A stretch of 61,900 nucleotides of DNA from Hydrolagus affinis (Eukaryota), in contig JAAILG010001778.1 in NCBI GenBank assembly GCA_012026655.1, positions 1 to 61,900 on the forward strand, given 5' to 3'. Shown piece after piece: positions 50,437 through 61,900 of the stretch. How positions within the stretch are numbered: the stretch's first letter is position 1; each line of letters opens with the position of its first letter. The notes under the pieces were generated by a model, which was given only the letters and a program-made list of their open reading frames with translations, was not told the DNA's origin and did not search any database. The translations under genes were made by a program, and so were the position numbers.

Positions 50437-53431
50437 TACCTGTCAAGAATTACTATCTTCTGAAGGTTTATTTCATGCAAGACCATAGTCTGACATTTCA
50501 CAGGATAGGCTGGTGATGAGAAACAGAGGGCTACACAGCACAAGTCCACTGAACAGTTACTGATGCCAGTAGGCAGAACTTATCCACTTCCACAAAAGGT
50601 CAAGCTGCTGTGATAAATTCAACAGGACACTGGAAAACTAAGGCTGTGGGGATAATCAGTTTACACTGGAAATACTGGAAACACCCATCTAGAATCCTCC
50701 ATTTTTAAGACAGTGTTCACCATCGATAGGCTAACTTCAGTCTAACATTAGTTATATATGGTAATATTCTGGGAGCCAAAGGGGTGGTTATTTTTTTTCC
50801 CCCTCAAGGATCTTTTATAGCATTTTGATTAAAAACAGGATGTTAAACAATTTCTCCCCTGAGTTAAAATGGGGACAAGGTTAACTTGTCAATAGCCGGA
50901 AAAGTTCAACGAAAATATAGTAATAGGTACAGAAAGATTCAATCTATTATGCTTATCCACTGGAAGATAATAATAATAATGCTTGTATTTGATACAGCGC
51001 CTTATCAAATTTCGCCCGCAAAATATACAATAAATTCAGGATATTCTGTGAAGAACTTTGTGAAGTCTTAAATACGTGATAATATATCAAAAGTATGTTT
51101 CCTACACCGCCATTTCATTCCTACAAATTCAATCATTTTAGAATTGAAATATGTGAACCCTTTCACATCCAACTCTCATCTCTCTCCAGAGGATCTGTAA
51201 TGCTGTCTTTTGTTCAAGTGCATTATTTGTTGCATTATTCACATTCTATTTCAGTTTATTCCACAAGCAATACTGAACATTTTCGCATGTGATGTCTCAA
51301 TTCCTCATTCACAGTTTTCTTCACACCGCTGATCTGTATTCTAGGAAAGGATATTAGTCTCCATTTTAATTGCTTGCATCTTTCTTCAACCTTATCTTTC
51401 TAATTACACAGCACTAACAACAATGTTAAGATACAAACAAGCAACCAGGGCGACACACTGTTTAAGCAGCAAATGAGAGCTCTGCAAATCTTTGCTCAAA
51501 TGCAGGCAGAAAGCTCTGGTCGCTAGTATTAGTATTACTGATTAAATTTGTGCCAACACAAAAGAGCTGATGGGAGAGCTAGCTCGTTTGTATCATTTGG
51601 AATCAGAAAGGTCAGGTAGGCACTTGAAGTCTAAGCATTAAAACCTCCTCTTACCCATTAGTTACTTATACTGAAATCCCTGCCCATTGCTATTAGCACA
51701 GGATTCGTGATCCATGTCTTCCTATACAATAAAATTTATATTCATAAAATGATATCTCAATAATTCTGACTGGCCCCCAAGCTGGGAGGCGGAAGCCGAG
51801 TGGAGTGAGAATGGGAAAGATGACTGAAAGCATGATCAGATTATAATCATGCAATTCTTTTGACCATGCTTAGTCACCTCGCCACCACCCACCCTCCTGG
51901 CTCGGAGTCAGGCTCCGCCACTGTTCAGCGCTCTGAGACCCTATCCTGCGTGGAGAGCATGATATAAGTGAAAGTTGTTGTTGTATAACTATTTGAATAG
52001 CAATGCAAAAAACTATGTGATTACAACACAAGGCGTTGAAGTGTTGATGGTGGATTTGCATCTGGAATCATCTCAGTTTTAGGGGAGGCTTTATTTCAGC
52101 TCATCTGTAATCTTTTAAAGGAGATCAATAGGTTGATGCAAGAAGCAGAGCATCTGAAGACCTTCCTCTTCGACAGTGCCTACAGTCAATTCCCTTGTCC
52201 CCCCAGCTCGGCAACGTGCTCCGTCACTGTCAAGGCCTCTGGGACGTTACCATCTGCTTGAGTAGCGCTGTGTAAATATAAATTGTTGTTGTTACCTTCA
52301 TTTAGGTTTATGAATCACAATGATTAAGAAATAAATGAGGTAGGGTCTCGGTGCTTGCAGTGTGGCACACTGTGGACGATCACAGGGCTGCAAGCTCTCC
52401 ACCTCAATGGTTGCTGCTCTATCCTTTACGTCTGCTCACTGTTGTCCTTGTCAGTGTACAAGGAGAAGCAGAGGAAGAATGATCCCAGGCCTATCTAATT
52501 CTTTCAACTTCTGACTCAGAGAGTGGATCCAGTAGCAGTAATTTGATTTACACACACATGCGCATCCTTGAATGCAGCACGCACGCACAGGCTAGTAAGA
52601 AAAGGGAGATTTGATAGCTACATTTAACAAAAATTTGAAAGTCACCAAAATAAATTAATTTATTGATACTCAACTTGTTCCCTGTTTGAACATGATACTT
52701 TTTCCAGTCATACCATGCTATAATTATTTAACCGGCCCATCAATCAAATTTGCCGTTTCCCTCACGTATCCTTTGTAAACACTATGAGGGTCGGTCCATA
52801 TCAAATGCCTCCTGGTAGTCCCAATATGTATTATTTACTGCTTCTCTCTTGTCCACATCTGTCCTTAGCTCCTAAAAAATTCACAAGGCTCGCTTAGCAT
52901 AACTTTGTTGAATTTTTTCTACTACCTTTCCTTAGCACTAAAGTCAAACCCCCTCCAGCTCTCCTTCAAAGAGCACGAAAATATGACAGTAGGATTATCT
53001 TCTATCTCAAGGATAAGAGATGCTTCTGCCAGTGCTCTGCTTATTGCTTCCTTCACCATTAGGTGACACTTGGATAAAGCAAATAATTTATTGCCCACAA
53101 ATATACAGTACAGTCAATTTTCCTACTCTCCTTCCCCCCTACCCTTACTACTCCCCCACTGCTCTGGTCCCTACCTGACTGTTCAGCACCTCGGGGCTAT
53201 ATAAAGACGCTATATAAATGTAATTTTGATTGATTTTTTGATAGATAATATTGATCATTGTATTTAACATTGTGCCTACATGGCTGAAACATCTCAAAGC
53301 ATCCTGGTGGTATTGGTATCAAGTGCTGCTACTGTGTGTTTGCTGGAAGTAGTATTTTTTGAAGGTCCCCCAAAAATGGAAATGAACTACTGTACTTTGG
53401 GTAGCGTAGGCTACCATCCGGTAGTCTTACG

Positions 53432-53953
53432 CAGCGTCCATCCTCAGTCTTAACGTCGCCATTTTAAGTTTGTGCGCAGGTGTGATATTGTTCATTTTTT
53501 TATCGGGATTTATTTGTATAATCCTGTATAAACATGAGTCAAAAATACCCAGGAAGTGACAGTTGTGAGTCTGGTAGTAAAAAAAACAGGAAACCTATTA
53601 CTCTTGAAATGAAATTAGGTGTTTTAACCCATTTTGATGCTGGAGAACGGACAGTTGATATAAGTATAGTGCTGCACCAGTCGCCCCTCCACCCCAACCC
53701 ACCTCTATAAGCAAGCTCCACAACCATCTCGGTTGAGTGCTATGTTATTTAAATTTATATATTTTTAGGTATATTTTATAAATACATGTATTTCAACTTT
53801 TTTTTGGAAAATTTTCACAAAAAATGTCCAAAAGAACCTAATCCCAGTTTCTACATTCATTCTTATGGGAAAAATGGGTTCACTTAACTTTGTTTCACTT
53901 AAAGACACACTTTTCAAGAACAAATCTACGACGTTAAGAGAGGATTAATTGTA
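53432..53953. mobile_element. Old Tigger-like MITE
   Basis: ATCCTCAGTCTTAACGTCG near the left end and CGACGTTAAGAGAGGAT...TGTA at the right end form degenerate TIRs. Confidence 0.45.
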
Positions 53954-54283
53954 TAAGCCGTCCAGGTCCGAGAGCCCAGGTCCACAAGAGAATAAAGAGA
54001 ATAATCCCCAGTGGTAGAAAAAATGAGCTATGAGCAATGATTTGAGAAGCTTGGGTTCTTCAGTCTTGAAAGAAGATAACTAGCTCATGCCCATAGAAGC
54101 ATACAGTATAAGATTTCAAATAAGATCAAAACAGAATCTCAAAGAGTACTTTCAGATGCACTAAAACAGCAGAAGAAGGAGCAGGTTAAGGATTGCAATG
54201 GCAATTTTTGGATCAACTCCAGGACATATACCTTTAAATTAATGAATAGAACAGGTTACCAGAATTGGTTTCCTTACTCTACA

Positions 54284-54508
54284 TGCAAGTTTTCTTACTC
54301 CACACGCCTAATAATAATAATCCCTCAAAAAACTAAATTGGTCATTTCAATCCACGACTGTTGGTGGGTCACTGCTGTATGCAATTGGCTGCCACATTGC
54401 TACCACAAATATAGAGTCAATTCATTTTACAGTGTATTCTGTGAAGAGCTCTGAGACATCTGGAAGACATGAAAAGCGCTATATCAAATGCAAGGATTAT
54501 TATTATTA
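54284..54508 (+). mobile_element. 5'-truncated Deu-type SINE
   Basis: Body and (ATT)n tail match the other copies. Confidence 0.82.
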
Positions 54509-55920
54509 TGTGTACATGAAGCATTCCAATTCAGGCGTGAGGGATATTTGGGGTTGGAAAGAGGGAAATTAGCTCAAACACCTTTGACTGTTCTTTAAAA
54601 AGTACTGTTTTTGTTTGAGGTGAGAGATTTGTCTTGAGCAGTGTTGGAAAACGTAGATATGCTCCTCCATTTCTCCCTTCACCTCTCCCTAAAAGGTGAT
54701 GGCTCGTGTTCGGCCTTGCGTTTACCAGTGGCTGCTGCTCTCCAAGCATGTGAAATTCGCAAGTGTCGAGGTACATTAGCTGCAGGTACAGCACTTTGCA
54801 ACACGTGTAACATTGCTATCAGAATAGAAATGACTGCCTTTCCCAGGTCCTGGGGTTTCAAAAGCTCCACACTGCATCACTGCTGACAAAATCAAATTAT
54901 CCAGGGAATTCTTTGGTGTGCACACAATAGTCCTGAGACTGGTTTTGATGAGGTTCAGGTCTGAGCTGAAGTCTCAGGGCTCCGAGCTGAAGTCTCAGGG
55001 CTCTGAATGCCATACAGGCAATCTCCTGGGGGTCCTTTTGTTTATGCCACGGGTGTGATTACCAGTGCTCATGCCTCTAGAGGGCTTTTTAGATGCCAAC
55101 ATCACACTGCAGCAAAGCTGGCTGAGCAGAGTTATGTTGCACATTTTTGCATACACAGAGCAGTGCAAATGACTCTGGTATCCCAAAGCAAGAAGTACAT
55201 GGAGTTCATTATATTCTCTTTGTGCAATCAGAAAACGTTTGTGCATCTCTGGCACTCTATAGATTTTAGTTTGCAAATTTGCCCTAAGGTCAAGTTAGTG
55301 CACATATATCTTTGACATTGCCTTCAGTGTTCATCAGAAACTCAAGGGCTCATCTGCATCGCCTGAATTTGCTGACATTAAGTCACATAGCAACTGGACA
55401 CGTTATCCAAGAATGCTGTAGAGCGAGCAGGCTGGGTCACAACCCATATTCGAACCAATCTCACATGAGGATCAACAATTATTCTCCACATGACGCTTAT
55501 TGAAAAGCTGCGTTTGTCGAACATGATCTGAAAAAAGCTAATTTACTCAACCACAGGGGCTGCCAGTGTTCTGAGGTACTGGGGATTTTTTTTTACTGAA
55601 AACGCAGTCAAAGAGAAAGGTCTTGAGACAGACTGTGAAGAAGGCTTGAGAAGAAGCATGTCAAAGGGACTCTGTGATGGAGTTCCGGAATGTGAGGACA
55701 GATATACTGAAAAGTCTGACCGCAATGGTGGGCGGGGGACATGGGCAGGTTGATGCCCTCTAAGTGGTAGGAGTGGCCAGATATATTAATATACCGTATT
55801 ATTCCACTGAGCATTAGCTCTGAAAAATATCACATGAACAGAGTTGGTAAAACATAATGTAGAACAGTTTTGCCAGAAGACTTGATGCGCTGAATGCCAT
55901 ATTCCTGCTTGTATGCTCAC

Positions 55921-56166
55921 AATAATAATAATCCTTGCATTTGATATAGCGCTTTCACATCTTCTAGATGTCTCAAAGAGCTTCACAGAATATACTGCAA
56001 AGTGAATTGACTGTATAGCTGTGGGCAAAACACGGCAGCCAATTGCACACAGAAGTGTCCCACAAACAGTCATGAATTGAAATGACCAGCTTTTTTTTTT
56101 GAGGGATTATTATTAGGCGTGTGGAGTAAGGAAACTTGCACAAGGTTTCACCCTGCCTGGATTCAA
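55921..56166 (-). mobile_element. 5'-truncated Deu-type SINE
   Basis: Body and tail match; ends in the B-box region. Confidence 0.83.
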
Positions 56167-58479
56167 ACATGTTGGTTTCAATACAATACTTCACTCTTCA
56201 TTAATGTTGGCTCCAAACCAATACTTCACGTTTCACGACAGCAAATCTGGCTATGGTGACCATCTATTTAACACAATGGATGCTACCAAGATTTGTCTGA
56301 CTTTAGATTCAGTGTTTTGAGTCACTGCAACACTGCTACTTCTCACCAGAAACTATAATGACTGGGGGATTCTGCCTTTCACCAGTTCATAGATTATTAT
56401 GGCATTTTGTTTGTTTTTATGAATGATTTGGATGGTAGAAAATTGGTTTCTTACTGAACATGAACAGATTCCGTGAACAGAAATAACTTAGTTCATTTTA
56501 ATATGATTACAGATAAATCTCTCCATTGAATATAAAATGAATATTTATGAACCTTCAATCACCAGAGAAGATAGCGTTATATAATCACAAAAAATGGGAG
56601 ACTTACTCTCACCATCTATAGGCACATTTCCGTGCTCACGTACATTTGCATGCATGTGCACAGACACACACACACATTGTAAAAGCTTTTGGATTCCTTT
56701 ACCAGAGAGTGATGTTATCCCCCACCTTGGAATCCTTTTAATCATTTTAAAGACTTGAATCATCATTTCATCTTAAAACAATTCATATAAACCCATCTTT
56801 AGCCTCATAGTTAAATTCCGTCATCCTAGGTATTATTCTGGTAAACCATTACTGGATGTCCTCCAAGGCTAAAATAGCCTTCCTAAGATTGGGTGCCAAA
56901 AACGGAATACACATTTGCTACTTTTCGACACAGAAAGGATTGGAATTCTCAAATCCATAGAGTTTTGGAAGATTAGAACAAATGCAGATAAAATGTCTTC
57001 ATTCATTTCTTCTAATACCCCAGGGGTGGAATTCATCAGAGCGTGGAGATTTGTATGACTTTCGTACCATTTAATGTTTCTATTGCATTCTCTTAAAAAA
57101 TTAATCCCTGCACATTTTCCACTCAATTGTCCTCTGTTCTTTGCTGTATCACTGGTACCAAACAGTCCATCTCCACTGTGAAGGCTGGAGCAAAATATTG
57201 TCATGACAACATCCTCAAGATGATGTAGAACATCAAAGACAAAATATGTTAAAACAAAAAAAAATGAAAATTGATACCCAGCAGTGAATGCACTGAAAGG
57301 GAATATTTTTATGGCATGCATAATATAAAAATAATACAGACAGGTGATTTGTATTCAGTTGAATGTTGTCTAGTTCACTTGGAGGTTTCCCTGCTTGAAA
57401 GGGATACATCTGTCAGCTTCACACAAAGAAGGTGCATTTTATTACAAGTTGCAATGATTTCATTACCCAAGTCTAAAGATCCTGAAGGTGTTGCAGATCA
57501 AGGAGAAAGATGAATTGTGGGATAGTGGAGCACCAGTGACTTAATGTACCACTTCATGTTGTAAAAGGCTTCAGTGGAAGGACAAAGCAAGGTGGTTGCT
57601 GAGGTCATGGAAGTTCAAAAGACTTAAGTATGCCAGCTGTCAATCAACAGTAACCAAACAGTCTGCGTCTGGAGTAAGATTTGCTCTTCATCTCAATAGA
57701 AACAAGTATATATTTTCCTGAGACTCCTTGAATCTTAAGATTCAAAAGTTTTATCGGCCTGGGCCTGTAAATATGAATGAGATTGAATCACCAGTTCTTG
57801 TTTATTTTGCTTCAAATCTATGAAATCAATGTAAGAAATAAAAAGACAAAGGCCTGACATCAGAACAGGGACTTTGGATTCAAACAAGCGAAATCCCAGT
57901 TCTGATGCAAAACCTTAGATGTCAGACTTTTACAGGTGAAGTGAAGAAATCCCTGATTAACTGCTTGTGGGAAAAGTGCCAATGACATTGTAATTTTGTT
58001 GTTGTACAATGTTTGACTCTCACAGGTATCTGTTTATTTATTTATCACCTGGAGGAGAATTGTCACATACCTTAGAAGTAAAACCCTTTCTAAATATGGC
58101 TCGCATTTAAGGTATGCGTCTTAAAGAGAGTGGGTAATGATTGCATTAAAGTCTTACAAATCCTCCGGTATAAAAAATGCAATAAGCTTCTTGAAGCATG
58201 TCTTCTAAGTTGAGCCAAAACATCAAACATCTAAATGCAAAGTTAAGAAGATAGGATCAGAAACCTGTGGAAGATAGATTGATAATCTTCCCTTCACAGG
58301 CTTTGGAATTCCTACAATCTTAATACAATAGTGCAATCTGAAGGAATCTCAGATGTAACACACTACCGGATGGATAAATATCCTTCCTGGCAAACTGCTC
58401 CTGGCATTAATTACCCTCTATAAAGAAAAACTTTCTGGTGTCTCTCCTGAAATTGTTCTTTAGAACTTATCATCTTTGT

Positions 58480-58775
58480 CCTCACGTTCAAGGCCATTCA
58501 CAGCCTTGCCCCCCTCCTATCTCTCCGACCTGCTGTCCCCTATGATCCCTCTGTTCAGCTGGCTCCGGTCTGCTCCATGTCCCACGCCCAAACCACCCTA
58601 CATCGGTGGACAAGCTTTCCGCATCTCTGCCCCCACACTCTGAAACTCCATCTCACAGTCCCTTCCCCCTCCCTTGCCCCTCTCCCTTGCTCAGGTCCCA
58701 ACCTGACTGTTCAGCGCCTTGGGACATCCTCCCAACGTGAAAGGCGCTCTATAAATGTAATTTTTGTTGTTGCTG
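58480..58775 (+). mobile_element. L2-like 3' fragment
   Basis: LTFKAIHSLAPSYLSDLL motif and GTGAAAGGCGCTCTATAAATG tail. Confidence 0.75.
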
Positions 58776-58795
58776 TTGTATGTCTTTGTGTTCAA

Positions 58796-59100
58796 AATAA
58801 TAATCCGTGCATTTGATATAGTTTTTTCACATCTTCTAGACATCTCAAAATACTTCACAGAATATACTGTAAAGTGAACTGACTGCACATTTGTGAATGA
58901 AACATGGCAGCCAATTGCGCACAGCAGTGTCCCACAAACAGCCGTGGATTGAAGTAACCAAATTATTATTGTTTTTTTTGTGGGATTATTATTAGGCATG
59001 TGAAGTAAGAAAACTTGCCCAAGGTTTCGTCCTGCCTGGAATCAAACCCAGGTCTCTCGCTTGTAAGATGAGTGCTCTAACTACTGAGCTATAGAACTCC
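58796..59100 (-). mobile_element. Full-length tRNA-derived Deu-type SINE
   Basis: Head, core and tail all present. Confidence 0.87.
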
Positions 59101-61234
59101 TGTTCTTGTGTATTAGAGCATCATAATAGATTTTTTGTGATTTATTTATTGGTTCAATCCCACTTAAATTTTTTAATATCTCCATTGGTCCTCTTTGAGA
59201 TCTTTCAAGACTGAAGCTTGTCTAATTATTGCTAAAAAGCTAATTTCCTCTAACAATGGGAATCAACCTGATTGGTCTTGTAGGCCATATATGACCTGAC
59301 TAGAGCACTGTACTGCTACAGTAGGACATCTAAGGATCTGAACTCAACTGCTTTGGCAATATAGCCCAGCATCCCATTTGCCTTATTTATTATTTCTCAC
59401 ACAATTTGACAATGGTAAAACATTCTATTGGATTCCCTCATAGAACCATAGAAATTGAAAGGCCATTCAGACCATTGTCCAAGTAAAAACCTTTCTTTTT
59501 CTCGACATTCTTTAGGGTTTTAATGTCTTTTGCTTTTTATCTATTATAATAAAACTTTTTTAAGTACTTGCTGGTAAATCCCTTACCAGAGAAAGAGGGA
59601 GTGGTAGAGAGTGATAGGGGAGATAAGAGAAAACAGATGAGAAAAAGGAGGGCGATAAAAGATAATTTGTGCTTTCTTAAACTGATAAAACAAGGCCTGG
59701 AAATGAGAGTTATAGTATTAATGGCTTATAAGACCATTCAATCCATTTAGCTTGTGCTGTTGCTAGCTCCAGCTCCTGCAATGTAACTCCAGTCTCAGTC
59801 CCCTTCCCCAGGCTGACCTTTTTATATTGTGTGTCATGGTAACAGGAAGGAAAGAGTCGCTATATATAAAAAATATTTAAAACTGGATTTTTTAAAAACA
59901 GATTTTAGCTGGGTCAGAAATAAATTCTGCAACAAATTCCCCAAATGATGTGTTTGAATTCAAATTTTGTTTACATAATTTATTTAGCAATTCAATATGA
60001 AATAGAAAGAAATCTACTTTATTCAAATATTAGTTTTCTAAAACTCACCCGAGCCCCCAGTGTCATTTAGGAGGGAACGGTTTGCACATACATTAGTGCA
60101 ACTGTTGTTAAATCTTGATATTTAGAGATTTCTTACTTTGGATTAGGATATCCAAGCAACAGCAATTAATTGAGGTATAATATTAGAAATGAACAATATA
60201 ACAAGTCCCAATTTCTAAAATAATAATGAAGAATAATATATTCTTAGGATTTACCTGGAGGTATCATGAATGTTTGTATCTATAATTTTTTTTGTCATTT
60301 AAATTACATTGCCCATTAGTTAATGTATATTCAACAACAACAACAACTTTGATTTATATTTATATATATATTCGTGGCTATGACTTTCACCCATTATTGT
60401 GTCTCTGGCTTCAGCATGAAATATCATAAGTAACATGCAGAGCATTCAGGTGGTCATGTATACAGTATGTTTATAATTAACTTGCCCAAATGACAGCTCT
60501 ATTTTCAGTTCCATAGCAGAATCCAGACCCCCTCACTTGCATGTTAATACAGTGGACAGGATTATTTTTAAGCCTGTCCATCATTTCTGTTCATGTGACT
60601 GTCACATATTCTTGCATAGAGGGACATTAATTCTCGGAGGATTGATCCTTCTGCGGCTGGAAGAGGGAGAGAAAAGCACATCATCTGTAAACGGTTGGAA
60701 GATAGCTAAATATTCTGCTCAATTACTTTGGGGGATCAGGAAGCATTCATGTAGAAGTTTCCTTAAGGCAACTGAGTGGCTAGACTAGAGTCTATAACAA
60801 AATAGACTGACATAGATTGTTTATAGTGTATGGAAGGAGAAGAATCTATGGGTCGACCAGTCATTTTTTTACCTTTGACCTTCCCATATGGAGATACTCA
60901 AAACAATAACCAAAATTACATTATGAAAAATGAACAGAGCACTTATTGCATCAGATTAGCTTTAATGACAAACATAGTAACCTAATGAAAAAAAACTTCT
61001 GGTTTGTGCAAAATTGATTGGTATAATTGCAAGACCTTGTATAGTAGAATATCATATAGCTGCACAATTATTCATTGGTCCACATGGGGCAGAAAGATAC
61101 CAACACAAAACACTTCTGTGTGCATGGCTCTACATAACACTCGGTTTCTGAGGACGCACTGCCCCAGCTACACCAGGGGAAAGGATGTGCATAATCATAC
61201 AACAGTCAGTATCAGTACAGATGGAACAAAGTTT

Positions 61235-61648
61235 TGATTAGCACCGTTAGGAAGGATACATCAGTGATGGAAAAAGTACAGCTTAGGTTTATGATCCTAG
61301 GCTGGCAGGTTACTGCTATCATAATAATAATATGGATAAGTTGGGTCTTTCCCTTAGTAGACATTCAAGGGAGTGCGGCAGGAATCTAATGGAAGTGTTT
61401 AAAATTATAAAATGGCTTGAATCATAAATAGATCATTTCAGTGAGTCGGGCAGTGCGAAATCAGAGGACACAAAATCAGATAGCAAGTGGAGGATCTAAA
61501 AGAGAATTTAGGAGGAACTGCACGCAGTGAGATTGTGTGCTTGAAGTAGTGGTTAAATCAGATAGTGTAGATGCTTTCAAGAGGAAGTGAGATTTTCATA
61601 TGATGGAGAGAGAAGGATAAGGCAGGGAGTGAAGGAATGGATGGATAG
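61235..61648 (+). mobile_element. Old CR1 3' fragment
   Basis: RKDTSVMEKVQ and GNLMEVFKIIK-like motifs and a degenerate 3' UTR. Confidence 0.55.
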
Positions 61649-61900
61649 TATGGTCCAGCGATATATCGATATATCGCTAAAACCCGATATAATTTTCATA
61701 TCGATATGCCGATATAGGCATTTCAAAAATATCGATATATCCAAAAGTCGATATATTGAGGGAAAAAATTGGAATGCGCGCACACTGAACTACAAGACCC
61801 AGAATGCTCATCTCTATTCACAATGCACAGACCGAGGTGCAAAGCCGCCATATTGTATTCATAGTACTCGAATACAATATACAGGTATGCAAGGGGTGGG
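61649..61900. mobile_element. hAT-like non-autonomous DNA transposon (truncated by the window end)
   Basis: Starts TATGGTCCAGCGATATATCGATATATCG; CpG-rich with many CGATAT repeats; interrupts a CR1 3' fragment. Confidence 0.6.

Noticed and set aside
54961-55004. Short tandem duplications (also 38411-38440, 5809-5843, 29050-29077)
   Set aside because: Ordinary two-copy slippage duplications; the one at 38411 leaves the adjacent donor intact.
60045-60100. Possible upstream exon with a CGG|GTGAGT donor on the minus strand
   Set aside because: Nearby ATGs either stop early or end in phase 0, incompatible with the phase-2 acceptor at 38530; no MAST-like peptide. A non-coding exon cannot be excluded.

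Overview
Vertebrate genomic DNA; the repeat content (tRNA/Deu-type SINEs with L2 tails, CR1, Penelope-derived repeats) points to a cartilaginous fish. The window is almost entirely one minus-strand gene, a MAST-family Ser/Thr kinase best matching MAST4. I traced 13 coding exons with GT-AG boundaries and consistent phases, from an internal first exon (ATG at 48376, MSDSSLWSIL...) through the DUF1908 region to the kinase catalytic loop (HRDLKPD, 3701): 1505 nt of open frame. A candidate 21-nt microexon lies at 24048-24068, and the rest of the gene lies beyond position 1. Introns hold SINEs, L2/CR1 fragments and several MITE-like DNA elements. The most notable non-coding signals are (i) a family of short fold-back inserts with 10-15 bp target-site duplications and hammerhead-ribozyme core motifs (Penelope-like), (ii) a near-perfect palindrome with 174-bp arms next to an exon, and (iii) the microexon with three in-frame acceptors. 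There is one assembly gap (33831-33971). Family assignments are from recalled sequence knowledge, not database searches.
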